A stretch of DNA of 64,000 bases from an uncultured Actinomycetes bacterium (GTDB lineage: Bacteria > Actinomycetota > Thermoleophilia > Solirubrobacterales > Solirubrobacteraceae): positions 4,505 to 68,504 of the forward strand of contig CAWCNV010000011.1 of NCBI GenBank assembly GCA_963797015.1. The letters run 5' to 3'. The position numbers and the translations under genes are program-made. Of this stretch, positions 55,724 through 64,000 are shown piece by piece (the stretch's first letter is position 1; each line of letters opens with the position of its first letter). The notes under the pieces are model-generated. The model saw only the letters and a program-made list of their open reading frames with translations. It searched no databases and was not told the origin of the DNA.

Positions 55724-56318
55724 GCGCTGCAATCAGCGTGTCCAGCGCGCAGGCGAGGAAGCAGGCGGCCCCGAGGGACGTGTTCCAGTTCGAGGCCGCC
55801 AGGTCGATCGTCGAGCCGGTCGACGGGAGCACGTAGCCCGCGATCGCGGAGACGCCGAAGAACACGCAGCCGAGCAGGTTGACCGCCGGCTGCCACCACC
55901 CGCGACCGCCGCGCGCCGGGAGCCAGCCGCGCCGCGGCGACGCCCGGTAGGCGATCGCCCCCGAGATCAGGAAGCAGATCGACCCGAGCGCGTCGGGGCG
56001 CCACACGAACTTGTTGTAGACGGGATCCGACAGCGCCGTGGTCATGCCTCGGTAGGTGGTCCGGTTGAAGAACAGCGTCCCGAGCGACTGGATCGCCGCC
56101 GCCCACCACGCCGCCCGGCCGCTCGGTGCGGAACGCCGTGCGCGCAAGGCGATCCAGCTCTGGAGCGCTCCGCCCGTCGTGAACAGGACCGAGCCGACGA
56201 AGAACGTGATCCCGGTCGCTTGCGTTCCCACCAGGCCCTGGTAGCCGGGGAACGGGGCGACGAGGAAGCACAGCGAGCCCGCGGCGAAGAACAGCGCCAT
56301 CCAGCGGTCGCGGGTCAT
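55698..56318 (-). CDS. YrhK-like integral membrane protein (internal duplication)
   Basis: 206 aa. Two similar halves, each with GS.CF...F and G..LF/FF.. motifs, and 5-6 TM segments. Convergent 26-nt overlap with the preceding gene. Confidence 0.55.
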   Translation of the reverse strand: MTRDRWMALFFAAGSLCFLVAPFPGYQGLVGTQATGITFFVGSVLFTTGGALQSWIALRARRSAPSGRAAWWAAAIQSLGTLFFNRTTYRGMTTALSDPVYNKFVWRPDALGSICFLISGAIAYRASPRRGWLPARGGRGWWQPAVNLLGCVFFGVSAIAGYVLPSTGSTIDLAASNWNTSLGAACFLACALDTLIAAPSPRPPGP

Positions 56319-56363
56319 CGGCCGCGAAGTATCGGTGGCGCGGTCGCGCGGGAGGGGGTTCGG

Positions 56364-57911
56364 TCAGCGCGCCGTCGTGTTCAGGCCCACGTCAACGACG
56401 CCGAGGGTCGAGATGCGGCTGTCATAGACGGCCGCGGTCGCCACGTCGGGCCGGCCGTCGCGGTCGAAGTCGGCGACCAGCAGCGAGTTGTTTGGGGGGG
56501 AGAACGCGCTGATGAAGCCGCCGGGGCCGGCCGGGGAGTCGTTGGGCGCCTTGAACGTGCCGTCCCCCTTCCCGGGCAGCACGCGGAAGATGAGCTGCTG
56601 CCGCAGGGTGGACCCAGTCACGACGGACGGGGGCAGGGCCTCGGCCCGCTCTGAGACCAGGTCGGGCGTGCCGTTGCCGTCGAGGTCGCCCGCGGCGAGC
56701 ACGGAGTAGGGCAGGTTGGGCACCGGGATCGGCGCCGCCAGCCCGCCGCTCGAAGTACCGGCGAGAAGGAAGCTGGGGCCCGAGCCTTGGGCGGAGTCCC
56801 GCGCCTGCGTGGCGACGACCGCGTCGGGGATCCCGTCGCGGTTGAAGTCGGCGACGACGAGGCCGAGCGGGGCGCCGCTGCCGCTCGGGAGCGCGGTGTG
56901 CAGCGGCGCTCCGAACGTACCGCTGCTCGTGCCCGGAAGCACCGAGACGCCCGTGGGACCTCCCAGCTGGGCACCCGCGGTGCCCACCACCAGGTCGGGC
57001 CGCCCGTCGCGGGTGACGTCGGCCACGGTGGCGATCAGCGGTCGCTCGTCCGGGTCGATCGGATCCGAGGCGGAGAACCCGCCCGCTCCGTCCCCGAAGG
57101 CCACGCAGGCCCAGAACGAGAGGTGCAGCCCGGAAGTGCCCACGAGGTCCAGCTTGCCGTCGCGGTTGACGTCGCGTGCCTCGGTGAAGCGGCAGCCGAT
57201 CCCCGACTGCGGCCCTGCCGAGAAGCCGCCGGTCCCGTCGCCGAGCAGGACCTTCACGCCCGACGCGCTGTAGGCGATGTCCTTCTTGCCGTCACGGTTG
57301 AAGTCGCCTACCGCGATCGCGTCGGTCCCTTCCTGCGGCCCGAACTCCTGCTCGGCGCCGAAGCCTCCGTTGCCGTCGCCGAACATCAAGCTCACGGGCC
57401 GCGTGAAGCCCGGGTTCGCGTTGCCGGAGGTCACGATGTCGAGGATCCCGTCGCGGTTGAAGTCGGCGGTCCCGACGCAGCAGGACCCGCTCGTGCCGTA
57501 CTGCGTGGACTTGAGCGTCACGTCGGGGTTCGGCGGGGTGGTGAACGAGCGCGTGTTTGCGCACACGAGGCGGTTGAGGACGTCGTCGCCTCCGCAGACG
57601 CGGAAGTAGTAGGTGGTGTCCGGACGCAGCGTCGCGGTCGGGGCCGCGAACGGGATGTCCTCGCCGTTGGGCCCGTGGGCGCCGGGTGGCACAACCACGA
57701 TCTGCGTGTCGAACTCCGCATCCGTTCCCAGGTCGGCGGGATCGGTGGCGTAGGCGAAGTAGTAGCTGGCGGGCGTCGAATCGGTGTGGCCGTGGGCGTT
57801 GAGACGCGCGCGGTTCGGCGTCACGTTGGTCGCCGGATCGGTAACCGCCGCGCACGAAGCGAGGATCAAGGCGAGCGCCACGAACGCTGGAACGGCAACG
57901 ACACGCCTCAT
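56364..57911 (-). CDS. lipoprotein with an N-terminal Fn3/Ig-like domain and FG-GAP/VCBS (integrin-alpha-like) repeats
   Basis: ATG at 57911 after GGGAGGGAG. Signal plus lipobox LILASC. Contains TTYYFRV and repeated DFNRDG..D / GDGNGGF units. Confidence 0.82.
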   Translation of the reverse strand: MRRVVAVPAFVALALILASCAAVTDPATNVTPNRARLNAHGHTDSTPASYYFAYATDPADLGTDAEFDTQIVVVPPGAHGPNGEDIPFAAPTATLRPDTTYYFRVCGGDDVLNRLVCANTRSFTTPPNPDVTLKSTQYGTSGSCCVGTADFNRDGILDIVTSGNANPGFTRPVSLMFGDGNGGFGAEQEFGPQEGTDAIAVGDFNRDGKKDIAYSASGVKVLLGDGTGGFSAGPQSGIGCRFTEARDVNRDGKLDLVGTSGLHLSFWACVAFGDGAGGFSASDPIDPDERPLIATVADVTRDGRPDLVVGTAGAQLGGPTGVSVLPGTSSGTFGAPLHTALPSGSGAPLGLVVADFNRDGIPDAVVATQARDSAQGSGPSFLLAGTSSGGLAAPIPVPNLPYSVLAAGDLDGNGTPDLVSERAEALPPSVVTGSTLRQQLIFRVLPGKGDGTFKAPNDSPAGPGGFISAFSPPNNSLLVADFDRDGRPDVATAAVYDSRISTLGVVDVGLNTTAR

Positions 57912-58017
57912 CTCGTCAGCTCCCTCCCGGGCGAAACCGACCTGTCTGCCCGCTCCCTGAGCATACGCCCGTGTTTCGCTTTTGGCCAGCCGGCCAAGTA
58001 GCATCATCCGCCGGGCC

Positions 58018-60210
58018 GTGGCCGTCGAGTACAAGCCGACCTTCTGCCGTATCTGTGAGCCGCTGTGCGGGATGGTGGCCGAGGTCGAGGACGGGCGCCT
58101 GAAGCAGCTTCGGCCCGACGCCGACAACCCGCTCTCGCGCGGTTACGCGTGCCCGAAGGGGATCGCGATGACCGAGGTCCAGAATGACCCCGATCGCGTG
58201 CTGCACCCTCTGCGGCGCACGGGCCGCGACTTCGAGGAGGTCTCCTGGGACGAGGCGCTCGACGACATCGGCGAGCGGCTGCGCGACGTCCTCGGCGAGC
58301 ACGGGCCGCAGGCCGTCGGCTGGTACATGGGCAACCCGGGCGCGTTCTCCTACTCGCACACGCTGTGGGTCAAGGGCTTCCTCGACGCGATCGGCTCACC
58401 GCACTACTACTCGGCCGGCTCGCAGGACGTGAACAACCGCTTCGCCGCTTCCGCGCTGCTCTACGGGTCGCCGCTCGTGGTGCCGGTCCCCGACCTGACC
58501 AGGACACAGTTCCTGCTCGTGGTCGGAGCCAACCCGCTGGTGTCGCACGGCTCCGTGCTGAGTGCGCCGCGCGTCCGCGAGCAACTGCTGGCGATAACCG
58601 GTCGCGGCGGCCGGATCGTCGTGGTCGACCCGCGTCGGTCGGAGACCGCGCGGCGCTTCGAGCACGTCCCGATCACGCCCGACGCGGACGCCTGGCTGCT
58701 GCTCTCGCTGCTCGCGACCGTGTTCGAGGAGGGCCTCGCGGACCGCGCGTTCATCGCCAGCGCGACCGAGGGCGCGGCGGAGCTCGAGCGCCTCGCGAGC
58801 GCCCACCCGCCCGAGGCGACCGAGGGGCGCACGGGCGTGTCCGCCGAGCGCGTGCGCGCGCTGGCGCGCGACTTCGCCGCCGCACCCGGCGCCGTCGCTT
58901 ACGGACGGACCGGATCGTGCCTCGGCCGCTTCGGCACGCTCGTCGCCTTCCTGCTCGACGCGCTCAACGCCGTGACCGGCAACCTCGACCGGCCCGGCGG
59001 CGCCGTGTTCGGGAAGCCGCCGATCGCGCTCGACGACATCGGCGAGCGCGCCGGGCTGGCCTCCTACGGCAGGACGCGGTCGCGCTTCGGAGACTTCCCC
59101 GACGTGCTCGGCAACCTGCCGGCATCGCTGCTGCCGCGCGAGATCGAGACGCCCGGCGAGCGCCAGATCCGGGCCCTGTTCGTGTCCGCCGGCAACCCCG
59201 TCCTGTCGGTGCCCGACGGCGACGCGCTGGAACGCGCGCTGGGCAAGCTCGACCTGATGGTCTCGCTCGACTTCTACGTCAACGAGACCAACCGCCACGC
59301 GCGCTACGTGCTCCCGAGCACCACGTACCTCGAGCGCGAGGACCTTCCGATCGCGTTCCTCGGCTTCCACGTGCCGCCCTTCGTCCACTACTCCGACGCG
59401 GTCCTCGAGCCCGCCGGCGAGGCGCGCCAGGAGTGGGAGGTCGTCGACGCGATCTCGCGCCGGATCGGGGTCGCTCCCTACAGCCTGCCGGCGCTGCGCG
59501 CGCTGGCCCGGGCCGGGATCCGCATGACGCCCCAGCGCCTCGCCGACGTGCTGCTGCGCACCGGGCCCGACGGCGATCTGTTCGGCCTGCGGCGCGGTGG
59601 TCTGTCGCTCGACCGGCTGCGCAAGCGCCACCCGCACGGGCTCGTGCTGTCCGAGCACGTCGCGACCGGGGTGCTGCCGGGCAAGATCCGCCACCGGCCG
59701 CGGCGCGTGCACCTGGCGCCGCCGGCGATCGTCGACGAGCTCGCGCGGGCGGCGGCGGCCAACGGTCACGACGCCGACTTCCCGCTGCGCCTGATCGGTC
59801 TGCGCGAGCTGCGCTCGCACAACTCGTGGATGCACAACGCGCCGCTGCTGATGCGCGGCGGGCGCGAGCAGGCGCTGCGCGTGCATCCCGACGACGCCGC
59901 CGCGCACGGGCTCGAGGACGGAGGCGAGGCGCGGCTCGAGTCGCGCGCGGGCGCGGTCGTCGTGCCGGTGAAGGTCACCGACGAGATGACCCCCGGCGCG
60001 GTCGCGCTGCCCCACGGCTGGGGGCACAAGGGCGGCTGGCAGCTCGCCAACGCGCACCCCGGTGTCAACGTGAACCTGCTCGCGAGCGCGGAGCCCGAAG
60101 ACCTCGAGCGACTCGCCGGCATGGCCTTCCTGAACGGGATCCCGGTCCGCGTCGCGCCGGTGGCGGCGCGCGAGCGACAGCCGCGAGAGCGCGAGGCCGC
60201 GCGCGCATAA
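58018..60210 (+). CDS. molybdopterin (MopB-superfamily) oxidoreductase, cytoplasmic type
   Basis: N-terminal 4Fe-4S motif CRICEPLCG...GYACPKG. MopB core and C-terminal barrel (VHPDDAAAHGLEDG...VALPHGWGH). No twin-arginine signal. The start is GTG 58018 or TTG 57982. Confidence 0.85.
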   Translation: MAVEYKPTFCRICEPLCGMVAEVEDGRLKQLRPDADNPLSRGYACPKGIAMTEVQNDPDRVLHPLRRTGRDFEEVSWDEALDDIGERLRDVLGEHGPQAVGWYMGNPGAFSYSHTLWVKGFLDAIGSPHYYSAGSQDVNNRFAASALLYGSPLVVPVPDLTRTQFLLVVGANPLVSHGSVLSAPRVREQLLAITGRGGRIVVVDPRRSETARRFEHVPITPDADAWLLLSLLATVFEEGLADRAFIASATEGAAELERLASAHPPEATEGRTGVSAERVRALARDFAAAPGAVAYGRTGSCLGRFGTLVAFLLDALNAVTGNLDRPGGAVFGKPPIALDDIGERAGLASYGRTRSRFGDFPDVLGNLPASLLPREIETPGERQIRALFVSAGNPVLSVPDGDALERALGKLDLMVSLDFYVNETNRHARYVLPSTTYLEREDLPIAFLGFHVPPFVHYSDAVLEPAGEARQEWEVVDAISRRIGVAPYSLPALRALARAGIRMTPQRLADVLLRTGPDGDLFGLRRGGLSLDRLRKRHPHGLVLSEHVATGVLPGKIRHRPRRVHLAPPAIVDELARAAAANGHDADFPLRLIGLRELRSHNSWMHNAPLLMRGGREQALRVHPDDAAAHGLEDGGEARLESRAGAVVVPVKVTDEMTPGAVALPHGWGHKGGWQLANAHPGVNVNLLASAEPEDLERLAGMAFLNGIPVRVAPVAARERQPREREAARA

Positions 60211-60240
60211 GGCGAGCGTCACGGAGCTGGCGGCCTGAGC

Positions 60241-60708
60241 GTGACGCCACGCGTAGGCGTCGACGACCTGCTCGCCGCCGCACGGCGCGGGCTCCGGCGG
60301 TGCGAGCCGCGTGAGGCGAGCGAGGCGCAAGGCCGCGGCGCCCTGCTGGTCGACATCCGCTCCGAGTCCCAGCGGGCGCGCGACGGGCTCGTGCCAGGCG
60401 CGCTGTTCATCGCGCGCAACGTGCTCGAGTGGCGGCTGGACCCGGCTTCGCCGCACCGCCACCCCGCGATGGACGGCCATGACGGCGAGGTGATCGTCAT
60501 GTGCGACGAGGGCTACCAGTCGAGCCTCGCCGCCGCCAACCTCGCCCAGATCCTGGGCCCAGAGCGGGTGAGCGACCTCGCCGGCGGCTTCCAGGCCTGG
60601 CGGACCGAAAGGCTGCCTGTGGAGCCGTGGCCGGGGACGAGCGGCGGCGATCACGGGCCGGACGCGGGCGCCGCCCGTCACGGGCGCGGCGACCGCGGCG
60701 CCGATTAG
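60241..60708 (+). CDS. rhodanese-domain sulfurtransferase
   Basis: GTG start. Contains LLVDIRSESQR and the active-site loop VMCDEGYQSS (CxxxxxS/R). Confidence 0.75.
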   Translation: MTPRVGVDDLLAAARRGLRRCEPREASEAQGRGALLVDIRSESQRARDGLVPGALFIARNVLEWRLDPASPHRHPAMDGHDGEVIVMCDEGYQSSLAAANLAQILGPERVSDLAGGFQAWRTERLPVEPWPGTSGGDHGPDAGAARHGRGDRGAD

Positions 60709-60755
60709 TTTGCGCGCCCCCGCCGGTCTCTACCTGTGAACCGAGACCGACTGCA

Positions 60756-62254
60756 ATGGAGGCCAAGGTGACCGCCGAATCGAGATCAGACCGCCAGCGC
60801 TGGATCGCCCTCTACGTGCTCTGCGCGGGCATGCTCATGATCGTGCTCGACGCGACCGTCGTGAACGTCGCGCTGCCCTCGATCCAGGACGACCTCGGCT
60901 TCTCGCAGTCGAGCCTGGCCTGGGTCGTCAACGGCTACCTGATCGCCTTCGGCGGGCTGCTCCTGCTCGCCGGGCGCCTCGGCGACCTGGTCGGGCGCCG
61001 CAGGGTCTTCCTGATCGGCCTGGCCGTGTTCACCACCGCCTCGCTGGCCTGCGGGCTGGCCGAGAGCCAGGCGATGCTGGTCATCGCGCGCTTCGTCCAG
61101 GGCGTCGGCGGGGCGATGACCTCGGCGGTCATCCTCGGGATGATCGTCACGATGTTCCCCGAGCCCCGCCATCGGGCCAAGGCGATCGGGGTCTACGGCT
61201 TCGTCGCGTCGGCCGGCGGCTCGATCGGGCTGCTCGCGGGCGGGGTCCTGACCCAGGCGATCAACTGGCACTGGATCTTCTTCGTCAACGTGCCTGTGGG
61301 GATCGCGACCGCGTTCCTCGCCGCGCGCCTGCTCGACCGCGATTCCGGCATCGGCCTGCGCGCCGGCGCCGACGTCCCGGGCGCCGTGCTCATCACCGCC
61401 AGCCTGATGCTCGGCGTCTACACGATCGTCAAGCCGGCGGCCGACGAGGGCTGGGGCGCGCCGCGCACGCTTGCGCTCGGGTGCCGTGGCGACTGCGCTG
61501 CTCGTCGGCTTTCGTCGTGCGCGAGGCACGCGCACGCAACCCGCTGATGCCGCTGCGGATCTTCCGCTCGCGCAACGTGTCGGGCGCGAACGCCATCCAG
61601 GCGCTGACGGTGGCCGGGATGTTCGGGATGTTCTTCATGGGGGCCCTGTACATGCAGCGCGTGCTCGGCTACGACGCGCTCCAGATCGGGCTCGCCTTCC
61701 TGCCCGCGACGATCGTGATGGGGATCCTGTCGCTGCGGTACACCGAGACGCTCGTGATGCGGTTCGGGGCTCGCCGCACGCTGCTACCCGGCCTAACCCT
61801 GATCGCCGCCGGGCTCGCGCTGTTCACGCGCGCGCCGGTGGACGCGATCTACCTGACCGACGTGCTGCCGGTCATGGTCGTGCTCGGGTTGGGGATCGGC
61901 ACGGCGTTCCCGTCGCTGATGACGCTCGCGATGTCGGGCGCCACCAACGAGGATGCGGGGCTGGCCTCGGGCCTGGTGAACACGACCGTCCAGGTCGGGG
62001 GCGCGCTGGGGCTCGCCGTCCTGGCGACGCTGTCGGCGACCCATACCAGCGGCCTCACGCACGGCGGGTCGCCCACTCCTGCGGCCCTGACGAGCGGCTA
62101 TCACCTGGCCTTCCTGCTCGGCGCCCTTCTGGTGGTGGCCGCGATCGTCATCGCCGTGACGGTGCTCGAGCCGGGTCGCGGACCGGCGTCCGCGCACGGC
62201 GGCGTCGAGCACGAGCACGCCCCCTCTCGACCCGCGTACTCCGAAGCGTCGTAG
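60756..62254 (+). pseudogene. DHA2 (EmrB/QacA-type, 14-TM) MFS transporter gene interrupted by two +1 shifts
   Basis: The N-part (LDATVVNVALPSIQDDLGFS, LAGRLGDLVGRRRVF) ends at 61547. The C-part is track ORF 61481..62254. The helix GAVATALLVGF is readable only in the third frame between 61483 and 61509. 1499 nt minus 2 makes 499 codons. Confidence 0.7.
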
Positions 62255-62363
62255 CGATCCGCCCCGCGCCGGCGCTCGGCTCCTCGCGCCGCCCGCCCGC
62301 CACGCTCGGCCCTGCGACCTAGGCCGAATTGCCGCTGGTAACCGGGACCGCCGAGCGCGCACA

Positions 62364-62714
62364 ATGACCGCGATGACAAACACCCCGACAGCGAGCCAGC
62401 AGATCACCGCGGAGGTCACGTCGTGGCCGGGAGTGCAGGCGGGCCCGGGCCGCCGCGGGGAGTTCGCGTTCAGGCTCGGGCGCCGCGAGCTCGGTCACCT
62501 GCACGGCGACCGCTCGGCGCACTTCTCGTTCCCGAAGGAGACGTGGACCGAGCTCTTCGAGCAGGGCCGCGTGACGCACCACCCGGTCTTCCCCGACCGG
62601 CAGGGGCCGGCCGCGCGCAGGATCGAGGGGGAGGAGGACGTCCGCGACGTGATCGCGCTGCTGCGCCTGAACTACGACCGCGCCGTAGAGCGCCACGGGC
62701 TTCCCACGAGCTAG
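62364..62714 (+). CDS. small conserved hypothetical protein (resembles the bacterial 'luciferase-domain'/DUF5519-like family)
   Basis: 116 aa reading ...VTSWPGVQAGPGRRGEFAFRLGRRELGHLHGDRSAHFSFP...LLRLNYDRA. Family assignment is from memory of the GH(L/I)HG motif only. Confidence 0.5.
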   Translation: MTAMTNTPTASQQITAEVTSWPGVQAGPGRRGEFAFRLGRRELGHLHGDRSAHFSFPKETWTELFEQGRVTHHPVFPDRQGPAARRIEGEEDVRDVIALLRLNYDRAVERHGLPTS

Positions 62715-62741
62715 GTACCGCCGCCGCGCGATACTGCGGCG

Positions 62742-63140
62742 GTGAGCCCGGACCAGGTCGAGCTCGTGCGCGCGGCGTACGAGGCGTGGAACGAGGACGG
62801 GCTGGGTGCGCTCGCGCCGAGCCTGGCCGAGGCGTGCGAGCTGCACGACGCGCCGGAGATGCCCGACGCTTCCGTCTGGCGGGGGCGGGAGGCAGCGCTC
62901 GCTCGGCTGGATGAGGTCGCCGAGGCCGTCGGCGGCGGCTCGGTCGAGTTCGAGTGCATCCGCGCGCTCGACGACGACGTGTTCGTGGCCATGCGCTGGA
63001 ACGTGCCGCGCGAGGGCGGCGCCACGACGCTCGGCACCGTCGTGCACCTCGTCGCCGTCCGGGACGGCGCGATCACGAAGATCCGCGTGTTCCTCGACGA
63101 GCGCCAGGCGACCGAGGCCGCCCGCCCGGACGCCGGTTAG
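62742..63140 (+). CDS. SnoaL-like/NTF2-fold protein
   Basis: GTG start, 132 aa. Reads VELVRAAYEAWNEDGLGALAPSLAEACELHD...VVHLVAVRDGAITKIRVFLDERQA. Confidence 0.7.
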   Translation: MSPDQVELVRAAYEAWNEDGLGALAPSLAEACELHDAPEMPDASVWRGREAALARLDEVAEAVGGGSVEFECIRALDDDVFVAMRWNVPREGGATTLGTVVHLVAVRDGAITKIRVFLDERQATEAARPDAG

Positions 63141-63312
63141 CGCCCGGCGGCCACCACCAGCGGCGCCACTCCCTGCATCCCGCGCCGTCGATCGCCGAGA
63201 GCCTAGGTCGCGCCGGCGAACGCCGCAAGGCAGGCGGCCGGCAGGTGGCATGCGGCGGGGGTCGGGTCGGCGCGAGGCGGCACGGCCCCGGGGCTGCTAC
63301 TCCTGTCCGCGG

Positions 63313-64000
63313 ATGAGCTGGCCGCTCGACCCCCGCGCCTGGATCCCGACCTGGCCCCAGGAGCTGCTGCTCGGCGAGCTGGTTGCGGGGATCGCGCGGC
63401 GCTATCAGGGCGAGCGTGTCGAGCTCGTGGTTCGCGGGCTCGCCGTGGGCGCGGTGCTCGAGCGCTTCGGGCTCCAAGGCCGGGGCCGCGGCCAGCGAGC
63501 CGAGCTCGAGCTCCGCGAGGTCGACGTCGACGGCTATGAGCTCGAGACGGTGTCGGCCGTGGCTCGATCGGTGCGCCTGGAGCCCTTTCCCGCGTCGCGC
63601 TTCGTCGCGACGAACATCGAGCTCAGCGGGCGCTCGGCGCTCGCGCCGCTGGTGTCATGGCTCGACCGCTACAGCAGGGAGTGGTCGCTCGAAGTCGACG
63701 CGGAGGGCCGCGTGCTCGCCCGCCACGAGCGACGCTCGATCATCGCGGTGGTCGAGCCGACGGTCACGGGGGACGTGCTCACCATCGAGCTTCGCGGGCT
63801 GGCGTGGCGCGGCCTGCACCTGCCGCTTCCCGGCCACCCGCGCTTCACCCGGCATCACCGGCTGCCGCCGGTGAGCCGCGGCCTCTCGGTGGTCGAGGCG
63901 CGCCGCGACGGAACGGCCGTGGACTTCCGGCTGGCGGTCGCCGAGGTCTCCGAGCGCCTCGACGTACGCGCGCTGAACCGCGCGGTGCTGGCCCGTAGCC
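63313..64000 (+). CDS. hypothetical protein, 3' end outside the window (not in the supplied ORF track)
   Basis: The frame from ATG 63313 (MSWPLDPRAWIPTWPQELLLGELVAGIARRYQGERVELVVRG...) is open for 229 codons to the window edge and has strongly G/C-ending codons. The two listed overlapping ORFs (63383.., 63657..) are Arg/Pro/Ala-rich shadow frames. Confidence 0.6.
   Translation, partial: MSWPLDPRAWIPTWPQELLLGELVAGIARRYQGERVELVVRGLAVGAVLERFGLQGRGRGQRAELELREVDVDGYELETVSAVARSVRLEPFPASRFVATNIELSGRSALAPLVSWLDRYSREWSLEVDAEGRVLARHERRSIIAVVEPTVTGDVLTIELRGLAWRGLHLPLPGHPRFTRHHRLPPVSRGLSVVEARRDGTAVDFRLAVAEVSERLDVRALNRAVLARS

Noticed and set aside
57912-58017. Possible Moco riboswitch upstream of the molybdopterin oxidoreductase
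   Set aside because: The leader is only about 105 nt and I could not recognise the conserved Moco-motif elements by eye. A covariance-model search would be needed.
41000-64000. A third copy of the tRNA-Ser att core that would delimit the proposed older island
   Set aside because: Scanning by eye for TTCGAATCC/GGTTCGAATCCCTCC found none downstream. The downstream boundary is therefore unknown, and the tandem-island idea remains inference. A computational search allowing mismatches is needed.

Overview
High-GC, gene-dense chromosomal segment. Composition and gene content look like Actinomycetota: an F420-type LLM oxidoreductase, WS/DGAT, a TMGCGDACP-type ArsC, and many 4-nt stop/start overlaps. 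I can support about 70 features. No rRNA, CRISPR array or recognisable defence/toxin system was seen.

Layout:
- 1-31 kb: lipid and xenobiotic oxidation genes. These include a GMC alcohol oxidase-ALDH-ACAD operon facing an acyl-CoA ligase; a tightly coupled P450-PDR reductase-Rieske oxygenase operon; WS/DGAT with hydrolases and SDRs; GH2-LamG; TetR/FMO; an SDR-epimerase-GH92-P450 operon; and an RpoD-family sigma factor.
- 31-38 kb: envelope and sulfur genes, an S8 protease, tadA and tRNA-Ser(CGA).
- 38-43.7 kb (the most unusual part): the 3' 59 nt of the tRNA are repeated exactly 2.74 kb downstream. The repeats bracket a decayed integrative element containing an integrase C-terminal fragment, SnoaL-gene fragments and orphan ORFs.
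  - Both repeat copies are followed by partly homologous non-coding arms with phased CCGTACCCA repeats. This suggests tandem island accretion.
  - The downstream block carries a frameshifted R2-like di-iron protein, ArsR, and a MIP aquaporin fused to a broken LMW-PTP ArsC.
- 43.7-64 kb: amidase/SRPBCC; CapA plus three paralogous GT-like genes, two of which share a 109-bp near-identical tract; a nucleotidyltransferase; a two-component system; an FG-GAP lipoprotein; a molybdopterin oxidoreductase plus rhodanese; a doubly frameshifted DHA2 MFS gene; and an ORF that runs off the window end and is absent from the supplied track.

I did not find a clear-cut novel multi-gene system. The best candidates for follow-up are:
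- the tRNA-Ser island architecture;
- the P450/Rieske pair that may share one reductase;
- the triplicated GT-like locus;
- several unannotated or disrupted reading frames, including a 28-codon membrane peptide, CTGA-coupled CTG starts, and single-base frameshifts.

All homology statements come from motif recognition by eye, not from database searches.
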